Part shown: one piece after another, positions 1-13,500 of the stretch | Layout: each line of letters starts with the position of its first letter | How positions within the stretch are numbered: position 1 is the stretch's first letter | DNA from: Lepidodermella squamata | Lineage: Eukaryota; Animalia; Gastrotricha | Direction of reading: 5' to 3' | Assembly: GCA_047495785.1 (NCBI GenBank) | Contig: JBLDXI010000046.1 | Coordinates: 1,302,001-1,366,000, forward strand | Length of the DNA stretch: 64,000 bases | Program-made: the position numbers and the translations under genes | The notes under the pieces: model-generated | The model's database searches: none | What the model saw: only the letters and a program-made list of their open reading frames with translations | Told to the model about the DNA's origin: nothing

Positions 1-224
1 CCAGTTGTGATCTTCAAGTTTTATCTTTTTTGAATTATTATAATAAAAAAGCTGCGAGAAATCACGATTCAATTGCATTTTTTATTGTCACATGCTCTCG
101 GAATGATGAATGGTGTTTGAAACGAAGTCGAATAATTGTGCGAGTAGCAGTTGGTTTTTTGTCGAGTAAAAAGCACCGTGAAACAACAATATAATTTACA
201 GCAGTAGTAGTAATCTAATTATTA

Positions 225-1804
225 TCACTGCAAGCGAGTCCAGTTGCGGCGTTCGATGCTGCGCATACAGATAGCGGCGGTGATGAACGACCAGCCGATG
301 AGTTCGATGGCGCCGCCGATGATTGCGAATATGTTGATGAACGAGACGACGCAGTAGTCGACGCGAGATGCCATAGGGTCAGCGGCAACAGCTCGGATGA
401 TGGCGGTTTTGTTGTTGTAGTCGGCGGTCAAATCGCTGCAATAATCGCTCGTTGTTTCCATGTACAACACCGAACCAGCGATGCATAGCACGCCTAAGAA
501 AATTAGCAAATTTAATTATTTAAAACTGAAATTTAGAAGTCGGAAAAAACGTTGATGAGAAAGTTATAAAATTTTCAGTAGAACAGTCAAGATATGATAA
601 ATTAAAATGCTGGCCTTATTTAGTAAATTCCGTTAAACAACGGTAAAAAGGATTTAATTTCATTTTTTTCTGGCTTGAAACTTGAAAATTAAAAAGGCAA
701 CAACTCTCGGGAAAAACAGCCAGCCGCCTTGAATTATTTGAAGTTTTAAGAGAACAACAATCCTACTGAGAAAACAAATCAAACTTCAAAATCTAGAGGA
801 TCCAAAACTTGAAAAGTAGGCTGAAATAACTGAAATTCGAAGATTTGACGATAGGTTGTTCCAAGTAAAAACTTAAATTTAGGGTTCCAGCACTAAATTT
901 GAGGGTCCAACAACAGATTTTCGAGTTTCACGTCTTCCCCTGAATCGAAATTTTTTATAACCACAGCTAACAGATAGATCTCACCAATACGCGTATTTGG
1001 AGCCAAGATCGATCAGTTAAGGATTTTTACTTGAAGAGCCAATATCGATTCAAATTATCGATTTTAAAAATCACTGATGCTTGAACAATTTTTGACATCC
1101 ATTTTAATTTTAAATTTACATTTCTGGAACCAAAAATGTAAAAAAATTCTACCTAGCTGAGGGTACCGTGTATCTAAAAAACCCAGGGTTGTGCAGGCGG
1201 CAGCAGTATCAAATCTGAAAAATTAATTTTGTAGAGATCTCAGTTTTAGCGGTGAATAACTCGAGGACCAAAAAATAGTTTCCTAAATTTGATGAAAAAA
1301 TTGGAAATTTTTTTCAGGAAATTTACCTGCTGCGAGCATTCCAATTGAGAAACCGACCAGAAAAAGCATGTTCTTCTCGAGTTGGGGAGCAAACTTGTGC
1401 AGGGTCAAGCCGATAGCGATGAAAAAGCAGAGAGCCATGCCGATACTGACTAGAACCTCAGCAGCCAGTAGACTGCCGTGTCGATTCTCCAACAAATTCG
1501 GCCGAATTTCGTTGACATACTCCGCACCCTCCGTCCAAGTGTCAGGCGTGTGGAACAATTTCGCCGACGTAAAATTCGAATGATTGCCAATTTGTTGCGT
1601 GACGCCAATTTCCCACAAGCCGAATTTAGCTGTTACGGTTACATTTTGATCTGCCGGCTCGTATTGCGATGTATTAGGCGGTAAAATGATTGAAATGCTG
1701 AGCCATTCGTCGAGCGCAAAACTGATTGTTTGACACAAGAAACCGGCGATTGAAATCAGGGTGGCAATAAGTAGGAGAGTAGGCACGGATAGTTTGACGC
1801 CCAT
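225..1804 (-). CDS. Claudin/PMP22-superfamily tetraspan membrane protein, 2 exons (1804-1327, 493-225), 248 aa
   Basis: N-terminal TM followed by W, then a GLW motif (KFGLWEIG), with four hydrophobic helices. A phase-1 GT-AG intron (GCAG|gtaaat...cttag|GC) joins ORFs 1283-1804 and 225-509. Confidence 0.75.
870..1260 (+). repeat. Copy of a ~400-bp dispersed repeat family (non-autonomous TE-like)
   Basis: Blocks AAATTTAGGGTTCCA, TTTTCGAGTTTCA and GAGCCAATATCGATTC..TATCGATTTTA..AATC recur at 13090-13500 (inverted); the last block also recurs at 33310-33480 and 46520-46910. Confidence 0.7.
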
Positions 1805-2504
1805 AGTTTTTTCGCAACCAAAAACTTGAGTATATAAATTATACGATGAGTAAAAAAACTATTCAAATATTTGAATAAAATTATTTCGTGTTTAGCACGC
1901 GATTTTCTCGGAAAAACAAAATTTCTACGCTACTACTACTACTATTCAAGCTCGCCATATGTACTAATATAAGGCTGATGCTATATAGCAGCATGTTGTA
2001 TGGTCTAATACACAGTCGTGAAAGCACAACAAGTGTGTGTCTGAGGCATAAAAGCTAGATACGACAGTGCAGTTCTCTGTACGTAGGCATGGCGAGATAT
2101 AATAGGCAAACTAGGATTAGCCTCATCGCCAGTGAATAACCGGCCGTTTTATCTCGACTTTTTGCGCGCAACATCCTGCTATCGTAATAAGCCTTATAAA
2201 CCTGATAAGAACTATGAAGGAGGCTAATTGTTATAACATATTTTTCAGTTCCCACAGCGACCTAATTTTTCTCAGTATCGTAACGGTGATTAAATTTGGA
2301 CAATCTGGCATTTCGTAATTTTTTGCTCTCAGCTGGGAAAGCTAAGAAAATTTCGTTGCAAATCAGCTGGTAGTCTGAAACAGTTTCCCAGATTTTAAAA
2401 ATATTTTGAATTTTTTCTATTTTTAAAAAATTTGTAACGTCTCTCAAAACGAGATCCAGTCAACTCGAATTCTCATTTCTTCGAAATTTTCCTCAAGCTA
2501 ATAT

Positions 2505-2792
2505 AGGGGCGTAACCAGGAATATATTTTGGTAATTTTTATGGACATCTGGGCGAAAATTTCATTTTCCCCATTCCCCAGGAGAATCCAAGGTCGCCGAG
2601 TGCCGATTTTCAGTAGGAAATATCGACAATATCAGGATTTCGAGCGGAGCGAGAAAAATGTTGGAAAAAATTTCCTCCACGTTACATGCAATTTGAGCCA
2701 TTTTCTAGAGGAAATGGGCCGAAAAGGGGATTTTGAAATTATCAGTTTGGTAGTTCTTTGAACAAGCAAAACAACCAGCTGGTTACGCCCCT
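2505..2792. mobile_element. MITE, ~290 bp, with 14-bp perfect terminal inverted repeats
   Basis: AGGGGCGTAACCAG (2505-2518) and CTGGTTACGCCCCT (2779-2792). Flanks gctaatat/gctaacaa could be a decayed 8-bp TSD (hAT-like). Confidence 0.7.
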
Positions 2793-3582
2793 GCTAACAA
2801 CACCTTGAACTGTCCACAGATGAAGAAAAATGAAGCGTTTTTCGCCTAGAGTTCAATGAAAAGGATTCGTTAAGGCTACGGTCAATTTGGAAGCGATAAA
2901 TGCTTTGAAATCAGTTGCTGGAAAAGAATTTGAAGTGAGCTCTAATGACGTCATTAGTTTCATGGATTAAATAACTCATTAAAATGTCAATAAAACGGTG
3001 CATATGCTAATGAACCGACCAAATTTACTCATACCTTTTTTTTATAAAATCAAGGTAAAATTTGAAAATTCGCAAATTTCGAAAATTCATTGGATTTATG
3101 CTCTGGAAACGTCAAATTTTGGCTGATTTTTCTCCGAAGCTTTTACGATATCTAAGCAAAAATCGTTTAAATTACGCAATTCGCAAATTTTTATTTCAAT
3201 TTCTGCCGACAAATATAGAATTTTTTTTATTCCTGTAACAACCTTAAAAAATCCGATTTTCTATCAATCATCAGACAAAAAAAGAAAAGAAAGAGTAGTA
3301 AATATATAGGCTGCTTTATGACATGTCTAGGCTCTCTACAAAAAAGGAACATTGAGTCTCAATAGCGAGAGGAGATTCAGAGATGATAAGCATTTGCACA
3401 AAATAGTAGTAATATTTTTTTCAAAATCAAATACGACCGAGATTCAGCGGTTGAAATTTTCTGTTAATGCGCTGAGAGAGATTGAACAAATATCAATATT
3501 AGACAAGAAGATGGAAGATGTTGTAAAGAGCCTAAAATCGAACGATTCATTTTTGTTTTGCATCACAAATCACCGCGATAGC

Positions 3583-5912
3583 TCAAAGCTGCTGATGCGT
3601 CGTTGCCGCAGCCGCATCGTCATGAAAATTATTGCCCGCAAATGTCGCGGCGAACCCGCCGGCTGGAGTGTTGTTGTTATTCGACGCCAATAGCTGGCTG
3701 TAGGCAGGCGGTGGGGCGATCGGGGCTGATTGGTGGAGGCGATGGCCAGGCAAGTCAGAGTCGTCATGGCACGGCGAGACGGCTAGAATTTCGAGCCGAT
3801 CATCGGCCATACCCTCGGCGTCGTGGCCTAGAATAGCCGCGGCGCCACCCCCGCCGCCTGACATGGAAATTCTGAGACGTTGCACGAAAGACACGCCGCC
3901 GCCGCTGTTTGACGAGGAATCGTCTCGCCGGTTCAGGCACGAATGTTCAGTCGCGGCTCGCCACCGGTCGAACAGGCCGTTGACGTCGAGGCGTGTTGCA
4001 GGCCGCGTTGTTGCGGTTACCAGCGGGATGGAGGCGAGGCTGATGACGTGTAGCGTGAGAACGAGGTCGAAGTGGATGGTTCGCAGGGCGAGCCGGTCGT
4101 CGGTTGTGTACAGCTCGATCAGCGCGAATAGACTGTCGACGAAAACCGGAGTTGCGTACGTGAATAGCACTAGCATTACGGCAAGGCAGTCATCCCTATA
4201 ATTTCAAATAAAAAATTAGACAATTCGATACATTTGAAGCCGAAAAACTAAAATTGAATCTAAAGCGTGGAAAAATATTGGAAAAGGCCATAATTCTGAA
4301 TTTTTTGGTTAGAAAATTTGCTCGAAGCGGAATAAAATGGCAATTAAATTGCAATAAGTATTGTACATTTCCAGGCCGCTTTGTAAGCCTAAGAATCCAT
4401 CTTATCAAGACTCAGTCAAGTTATTAAAATTATTTTTTACTATGAATTGGGTTCAAGTTTTGGAATTGGGCCATAAAATGAAATCCAGTGAAAAATCGGG
4501 TTAGCAGCCTAGCAATCCCTTGCAGCAAAAGCACAGGTTATTTTTTTCATAAAATTCCAAGTCTTACCAGCTTTCGAATGGTGTAAAGCTCAAGGTAATT
4601 GGAGTGATAACATATTTTTTGAAAAATGTTATAATCAGAGGAATTTCCTAAGCGAATCCCAAGTTAGTTAGAAACCAGCTCCATTTCTAACGCAGAAATG
4701 AAAAACTTTGGATAAAATTAGGGAAAGGCATTGCCTAAGCATTTTTCTATCTATAATCGAAAGAAAACAAAAAACCCGGAAAAACAGTTTTTGCATTGGC
4801 AAAATTTTGGCCTATATCCCAAATTTAATTTTTTTTTCAAAATTTGACCCAAATTCTATGGGGGATCTTGAAATACAGTCGGCTGTCGCATTTGCAAATG
4901 AGCGTCCAACGTTACCCGCCAATTATCCAAGGTTAGGCAAACACTCTTTAAATTAAAAAAAAATCAGGTAAATCTAGAAAAATTCTCAAAAATTGCCGGA
5001 AAATCAGAAATTTTTTGGGCTCGAATTTAAATTGTTTTCAAGAAAAAACTGGTTTTTTTCAGAAGCTATACCCCTCGCTCCAGTTGGTTTCAAAAATAAA
5101 ATTTTTATTTAAAATTTTCCGAATGTTTTTTCGGTTGAAAAAATGTACCTTAAAAGATGCCGATCGGGTAGATGAGCCGAAGCAGCTCGAATGGCGATAA
5201 GCGTTCGCACGAGGAAGAAAAACGCGAGAACGAACGCCGAGCCGTCGACGAAAACAAACTTGAGCCATACGGTTTTAACGTACTCAATGTACAACTGATA
5301 TTCGAAAGATCGACAATGGACTAGTAGAAAGTGAATGTTGACGAGGAAAGAAAACGCCACGATAACGACAACAAACGCGACAATGTGCCGCGGCCGTAGC
5401 GCATACTGCGGCCACGCAATGTTCAAATACTGCAGCGCGGCTACGAGGGTCAGTATGTAGAAAACAGCCATGTGAACGCTGGCATAGGCGTACGGCAGCA
5501 CGCATACCATCATTTGCGAGCTTTGATACTCGACGTACTGCTGGTGCGTTGTCACCATGAATTGCAGGTGAAACGACGATAGGCTGCGAATTAGCAGGAA
5601 CAACACGGCTAGGTAGATGCTGATCAGCCCAACGTCGACGGTTAGGCACGAACGGCGGCGGAAGCAAAACGCAGTTATGCATAGCAGATTGCCGATAACG
5701 CCCGCGCAAAACGCGAGAATGCACAGGAAAACTAGAATGGCGTCGAGGTGCGTTTTCGGCGACAGGTACCAGGGCGTTGGCGCGTCGTTGTTTGGCGCCG
5801 AATTCGACGACCAGCCAGTTGAGACCCATGTATTTGAAAAATAATCGTCCTCGAACGGCGGCGCGTGTTCTTCATTGCTCGTCAATAGGCTGGAATCTAA
5901 CGTCCCAGGCAT
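3583..5912 (-). CDS. Orphan 7TM (class-A-like) receptor, paralog A, 2 exons (5912-5149, 4195-3583), 458 aa
   Basis: TM1 GN motif, seven hydrophobic segments and family motifs CVLPY..HM, LVNIHFLLVHC and KFVFVDG. Phase-2 intron AG|gtacat...tatag|G is in frame. Confidence 0.75.
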
Positions 5913-6086
5913 AAAAATCACTCAATTTAACATTTCTAAAAACAATTAAATGGAAAATTATCAAAGACGTTTTTTTTTACTTCTCGAATTTTCTCATTTC
6001 TCAACAAATTTGAAATTAAATAATTGATTGTATAATTTTTGGTGATAATTAGTATAATACATTTTCATTGTATGATTTTTTTAGAT

Positions 6087-6181
6087 TTTAGCGGAACCAA
6101 ATTTCGTGAAAAATTTCAAAATTAATTTCGAAACATTTTTAAATCAAATTTTGAATTTTTTCAAATTTGGTTTTGCTAAAA
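6087..6181. mobile_element. Small decayed inverted-repeat element (TTAGCGGAACCAAAT family)
   Basis: ttagcggaaccaaattt ... aaatttggttttgctaa. The same motif bounds 20393-20635. Confidence 0.45.
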
Positions 6182-6637
6182 TTTCAATTTTTTTTAAGGT
6201 GTATAACGCACAGTCGAGACACCGGTAGGACGCGATAGTTGAATTTTTTAAGCTATATTATTTTGGATTTTTTTTCCAGGATAATTATCACCACACAAAC
6301 TGCGTCCACCTTGAAAAAAAGAAGTTGCTTTTTCTCCATTATAAATGTCTGAGTAGAGGATTATTTGAAGTCGAAGCGAAGAAATAAAACGAGACAATGA
6401 GACGACTCAACATAACAAGCTACTTTGAATAGCCGCGAGAAAAAAAAATAATAACGAAAGAAAGGCAACAAATGATAGTAATATTCAAGTCGCAGTGTAA
6501 AAAAGACATCGAGTCTACGATTTTAAAACATCAAAGGCTTTTTAAAAGTGATTTATTACCAATATAAACACGAGCAAAATTTCTCAAGTTTTGAGGAGGC
6601 ACAAATTTACGATGGATGTAAAAAATATTGATAATAA

Positions 6638-9600
6638 CTACAGTCCGTCTTCGAAGCCGCCCTGCGAGTCTTGGCATATCGACAGAATTTGAACCTGGTC
6701 GTCGTCCAACCGGCGGCTCGACGACCGGCCCATGCCACTCGCCGGTTCGTGTAGCCCAGCTGTCGGGTTACTCGCGGCTAAAAAGTACCGATTTCCAGCC
6801 GTGGCCGACGACCACCTCACGCCGTTGATCGACCGCGCCGATGCGGCTGTGAATCGGTTGAAATTTCGCGAACAGCACGATTTCATCGCGTCGAGTAGAT
6901 TGTGGCAATCCGAGCGTGACAGCGGCCTGAAACGCGCGAGAACAGCCGGGATTGCGCAGTAGGCAACTTCGCGAACTGCTACGGTTAAAATTCGATGCGA
7001 CGTTAGCGTCATTCGCTCCTTCGCCAGGGCTGACATAGCGTCGACGATGATCGGCATTGAATAAGCGAGGAGTATCAGTAGATAGCCGACGGCTTCGTAT
7101 TTCAGGAGTAGCCGATCTGGGCTGTCCGAATGGATGAGATGTGCGATTGTTCGAGCCAGCATTATTAGCGACATAATGAAAGCCGTTCCATCGACGATGA
7201 TGAATTTTATCTAAAATAAAAGAAATGAATTATAAAAATCAACCCGTTTCATTTTGAAAATAGCTAAAAAAAGTCAAACGTCCCAAAAAATCACAATTTT
7301 TTTCAAGAATCGTGAAAAATAAAAAAAAAGCAAGAATTTTCCAAAATTTAAAAAAACCCATTTCCTTGACTGCTTTTCCATAAGAAATCGCTTTAAAATT
7401 CGACCGGGCGATCCCGTTTCTCTTGGCGCATCAACTAACAACTTCGAATTATCGAAGGCCTAGCCGAACGCTCAAGCAACACCGAGCCCCGAATTTTTCA
7501 TTTTTTTCACATTTTAGCTTCGCCAACGAGCAATTTCACGGCTCGGTTCAGAGACAAACTTTGTTCAATTTAAGCGACGACAAACCAAGTCATCTTGCAA
7601 TCTACAAAGGTGTTGATTAGCACTTCGCTGAACTGGGTTGGCTAATGGTACACGGGTTAAAGTAAAAGGCTGGCAATTTCCTCAAGGAACGACATTTGAA
7701 ACGCGCATCCATCCACAATCTGAAGCGACGGTTAGAATTCCCAACAAGCTAATATAGATGCAGTTTTCGTCGAAATCGTGAACGGTCTAGGCAAACAAAA
7801 TACTGACTGGACAACCACCTGGGTTACCCCATAACGTCATCGCCCTAACAAGATTTGGAGCTCGAACCTTTTGATTTCGGCTCTGCCCATAAAATCGGTC
7901 TGATCATCAATGCGCTACCACTTGCTAACCGCTATCTCTATGGTTCACGGTTCGCGGTGTTAAATATGGTGGTGATTGTCCTTGTCAAAATTGTAACAAC
8001 AAATCATGGATTTGTGTTTGAGTGTAACATTAACATTTGAGTGACAGGCGCATGGAATGCTGGGAATTATCGATTCTTTCAACAATTTTCTGGATATATG
8101 TTACTTCAGTTGGCCAAATTCTTATCTCATTACATTGAAAATTTCGACCTGCTCTCACTCGCGCAGTACTCAGTGATTTCAATGGCTTCATCCCGGAGGA
8201 AATTGAGGCCATGTTCTGCAAATTTGTCGACTCCATCGAACTTTGAAGTTGAATTTTAACGCAAAAATTTCACGAGCTCTGTCATATCTCAACGAAGTTT
8301 GAGGAGACATGGACCATTGTACAAGTACACTGCTAATGAATCTGTGATAATGATGATCGGTCAAGCTTTTTGCACATCCCTGTCAATCCTGAATTCAAGT
8401 CAACTTCCTCTCAAATGTCGCAAGTTTTCGCCCCTGTCGTAGCCGTGCCTAATATCGTTCGCAAAACGATGCATCTGGAAGTGTACAGCATCTGCTGGAC
8501 ACAACTTTCAAAACGAAAATTGAAAAATACAAGTTATGCACTTTCGTGTATCTATGCTTTCCCCCTACTCTGGTCATTGCTGATCTTAGCATCCCAAGCG
8601 CGTTTTCGATGGCTATTACAAGCAACTCGAAAAGTTGGCTGATATTATCCGAGCTGGGAAAGCTTTCAAAATAATCGAAAAGGTCCGCTACAATTGCAAA
8701 ATTAACCAATTGGCGCATGGAAACTGATCTCTAAATTTGCTAATTTTTAAAGGAAATTGAAACTTAAACTAGTTCTTTGAAACTAAACCATACGGGGAGA
8801 ATCTTCCATCCTTTATCCGCGATTTAAATCCCGATGGTAACTGGTTCGCTAATTTTCGGCATTCGACCAGGCATGACTTACTTTCTTGGGATTTTCATAT
8901 TTTTTATTGACGATTACTTTTCGAATTTTTCCAAGATTTTTCTAGATAATAGATAATGAAATTTCCATAAATTTAAAAATGCCAGATTTGAACGGCTTAA
9001 TTATTCAAAATTTGCTTTCGCTAAATTTACGAAATTTACGGAGCTTTTAAACCAACAGAATTTCAAATTTAGAAATGAAAATTATTGAAAATCGAATTCA
9101 CCTGAAAATTTTTGATGCAAAAAAGTTAGTAAAACTACTTACCCAAACGTTTGAAACGTATTCCATGAAATACTCGTAATCAAATCGATCGCAATGCGCT
9201 AACAGGAAGTGAACATTGACCAGAATGCAAAACGTCCATATGAAAATGAGCGCCATTGCAACGTTGCGCATACTAGCGATGCGCGACAGCGGCGAATGAA
9301 CGACGGTCATAAACAAAATCGCCGCGAGTACGGTGATACAGCCGAACAGGCCCATGTGAAACACGGCGTACAAGTACGGCATGGCGCAGTTTGTAAACGG
9401 GTTCGACATGTAAAACACGCTGAAATCAACACTCGGCTTCGGCGTGACGAACAACTCGTTGAACATAACCAACGAGTCTAGAAACAGGTAGTACAGGCAA
9501 AAGTGCATGTTCGAAACAACGAGATCTGACGGCGTTGATTGGCGTTTTCGTCGCATGAGCGCAACGACTAGAAACGTGTTCATAACGAGGCCGGTGATGA

Positions 9601-10093
9601 AAGTTGTCAGAAATAGCGCGATTAATATGTCGAGAATAACTGGGCCGAGGCCTAACGACCGGATGTAAGGGTTAGCGCGGTACTCGGGCGGGAACGACGA
9701 GTTTGCGTTGAAAATCGCCCTCGCCAACGATTCGTTGATCGGCAAACCGGGCCGGCCGGTGAACGGCGGTATCATCGATGTTGAAGTTGTTGAAGTTGAA
9801 GTAGTCGAGGAGAATAAGCTTGAAATTGCTGTTGTTGTTGTCGATGTCTGAAAGCGCCGACCGCCTGATGGGAAGGATCGCGTGCTTTGAGCAGGACTGA
9901 TAGCTCGACTAGGACTAAATGATGATGAAAGAACGCTCGAGTAAGTTGTCGACGAATCAACAACCGCCGAAGTTGTCGATAACAGGATTGAACTCAACGG
10001 GGAGCTCGGCGAAGTTGTTGCCGTGAGTAGTAAAGTTGTTAAATTAGCAGCCACGGTGGCTACGGTCGACGTTGTTAACACCGCGTCGGCCAT
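6638..10093 (-). CDS. Orphan 7TM receptor, paralog B, with a Ser/Thr-rich mucin-like N-terminus, 2 exons (10093-9143, 7210-6638), 507 aa
   Basis: CAMPY..HM and LVNVHFLLAHC motifs. The splice TGG|gtaagt...tttag|ATA restores WIKFIIVDG, matching paralogs A and C. Confidence 0.8.
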
Positions 10094-13089
10094 TTTTCAA
10101 CCAATATAATCACCCATTGCCGAAGAATACTAGAAAAATTAAATTAAAATGCGTTATTTTAAGGTGGAATTTTTATGTTTTTTCTTAAGATTTTTCGCAA
10201 AAATTCAACACGCAAAATATGGCCCGATTCTCTTGAAGTAAGAATCACCAAAAAATTAGAAAAGAATTTTCGGCAAGTGGAAGTTATCTCTAATGAATCC
10301 AAAAAATTGGTAGAAAAAATCTAATTTATAAGAAAATTATTTTAAAAAATCACCCTAGAAAAAGCAGAATCACAAAATTCGTTTCGCTTTCTATTTCAAC
10401 TGCAAAAATTGCCAAAAATACGGAAAAAATAATTCAAAGGCTTGAGAATCTAAAATACCAGTTGGCTTGTGTAATTTAAATCCGCAAAAATTTAAAATAT
10501 TCAAAACTAAAAATTCGCGAATATTCCTAATATGGCCGTAAACTGGGCTACCGAACGCGATGAGGTTCCTGAACCAAATGAGCGATTATTTTAGGAATCA
10601 ACGGCTCTCAAAATTTGCAAAAATTTGCAAAAAAAACTCGAAACCTAAAAATAGGCTCCAAGCTAAAAATTCAGCTTACTTTCCACTCACTGCAGTCGAA
10701 TTAAAGCTATATCAATTTTATTAAATAGGTAGAAGAGGTCAGGTTCAATTTATTCCGCATGAAAATTGATCAAAATATTAGAAAATAAATAAAAAACGGC
10801 TAGTGATAATCTGTGTGATAATATCAGATATCTCGCATATTCATCTTAAAGCCGCACTGTTAGATAGAAGTGCGTTGGTCAGGTGGGCCGATCTATCGTG
10901 TAGAGGTAATGATAGGGCGAGAATACAGCGAAAGCAAACAAACAAACATGTAATCTACCTATACGAGAATCGCTTAGTTAGCACTGATGCACTTATATGT
11001 ATACATAACAGCAAATATTTCAACAAGCTGCCATTTTTTCGCTATACTGTGTATTATCTCGGCCTTCTTCTAATATAAAAGGCGATCGCGGCCGGAATAC
11101 CGACCGACCTGATAATACATACTAGTAATTTTCTACAAATGCTGCTACATGTTTTTTCAAGGCTCATTTGCCTGTAGTAGTCAAGGTACCAGAAGTGCAT
11201 ATTATGGAGTAGAAAAATCGGCGGCGTGGGGCGAAGCTTAACTGAGCGAAAATTGCTATCATTTCGGCGCGCCAGATGGACGCAAAAATATTCGACGATA
11301 TTTTTAGTAGAGTATATAATAATTTTACAGGGCCAGCCGAAAAACGCACCAGCTAAACAATAAACAAAAAAGGACAAAAAATAATCTAACGCAATAATTT
11401 CTGCGGCTGAACTGAAAAATCGAATGATAATAAAAGCAAATACCAAGTATAATCCACTATTATCCGAGTATAAAAAAAGAAGCGAGCGCATCCGAACTCG
11501 AGTTGATGCTTCGTTCTCGCTTTAATAGCATAGTAGAGCGCGCGCGATTTTTCCGACGACATATATCGTAAAAATTTATATTAGGCCCCATATATAGCAT
11601 GCGAAAAAGCAGCTGAAGAAAACGACGATGTATGTCTAGAGAACAAAACTATATATGCGAGCGCGACAGGCTCGATCGATGCGAAAAACACAACACAGGG
11701 TGAGAGAGAGACAGCAGCGCGCAAGAGGCGGTACTGCCTATATTATACTGCATTTTCGCTTATATATTATATAAATATAACGGCAATGTTGTGCGTGTAA
11801 TATTTTTGCGTATGAAAGACACAATGAATCATATTTCCACAGCGCGCGCGCGCTCACATTTTTAGCGAAAAAGACGCGATACTTGTGAGGTAGACCTAGA
11901 CCGCGTGCTGAAAAATAGTGGTCCGCAATTTGACGCGCAAACAAACAACAACAACGGCGGCGCCGCCGCAGTGGTATTATTATAATAATAAAAATAATGC
12001 ATATCTCCTTCTAAAAAATAGAGCCAAAATTCATTTACACTCGCTGAAGGTCATCGTTAAAAGCATATAGCGCTTCTGTAGTATATTATATCTGTCAATA
12101 AAATGTTATTATCTCAGCGAAAAATCAGCGTGAAAAATAAAATTTGATACAAAGTCTTTATGAATACAAAGTGTTATTAAGGTGGCAACAAAATGGTGCC
12201 GAAATGTGATTATGTACGAAAGCCGCTAAGACGCGCGCTGAATTTGCGAATGACAAATGAAGGCAAGGAGGAGGCGCCCGCAGCAGAATCGTCTCTGAGC
12301 TTCCCTATAAACGTCAACAACAACAACAACAATAACAATATTCAATCGTAATGAAATGAAAATATACAACAGCAGCGTTTTGCGATTTTGTGCGACAAAC
12401 GCGTACATCATGTAAGTACAACGCGGCTGCTTGACTTTATTAACTATTAGCTTTGTCGCCATTGAATAAAATCCTGTGTGTGTTGTCTATCTAACGCTGA
12501 ATAACAAGCACGCGCGCGCGTGTTGGGGAAAAATCGAAACTTCAGCGGCGCTCAAATTTGAATGAATGAATGATTCACAAACAAATCAGGTGCGAAGGTA
12601 GTCGTTTATAAATCAAGGTGATACAAGCTGAAATTCCGGGTAGAGGAAGACCTTAAAACCTAGCTATAATCCTCACGTGATCAAAGAATCAACATTTCTC
12701 AGTAAAACTCTCAAGTTGATCTTCCTGAATCTCTTGTCGTCTCAGCTCAATCAAAATCCGAAATTTGAACATTTTTTTTAATTTTGCGAGAACAATTTCT
12801 GAAGAGAAGGACATTTTTACTCGTTCTACATAATTTTCTAAAATAAATGGAAATTCGAATCTCCTGTGAGAGAACACTATCATACCACTAACCGCCTTTG
12901 TTTAGCTTTAAAATGTAATAAAGCGAAGTGCAAACAGACCATAATAAATCAAATTTATGCAATTTTATGATATTTCGCAGCGGTTAAATACTTCGGGGTC
13001 TTAGTATTAGCGGAAACCGGAAGCGGAACAAATTTTTGAATAATTAATTCAACCAAAATTTATTTGCGAATGGGTTAGCGCCACAAAAA

Positions 13090-13500
13090 ATGAGGTTCCA
13101 GCACTGAAATTTTCAGATTCTTTGCGATTTCGGGGTTTTCGTTTTTTTCGATCGATACTAATCCCTAAACCAAGGATTTTTAATTTTAACCACATTTAGC
13201 CCCAAGGTGAGTAAAAAAATTGGCGCTATTGGGCTCCAAGACGGTTTATATCGGAAAAAATCACGGATTTGTAAAATCGATACTTAGAATCGATATTGGC
13301 TCTGCAGGCTCAAGTAAACTGACCGCTCATACCGCAAAATACGCATAATATGACGATCTATCCGTGAGGCATGAGGGCAAAAAATTAAGATTCTAATGAA
13401 GACATGAAACTCGAAAAACCACATTTACGGGAAATCTAGTGCTGAAATCTCAAATTTACGTGTTGGAACCCTAAATTTATGGTGCGCACTTGGCACACCC
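13090..13500 (-). repeat. Inverted copy of the dispersed repeat at 870-1260
   Basis: The reverse complement contains CTGCAGAGCCAATATCGATTCTAAGTATCGATTTTACAAATCCGTGATT and AAATTTAGGGTTCCAACAC. Confidence 0.7.
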
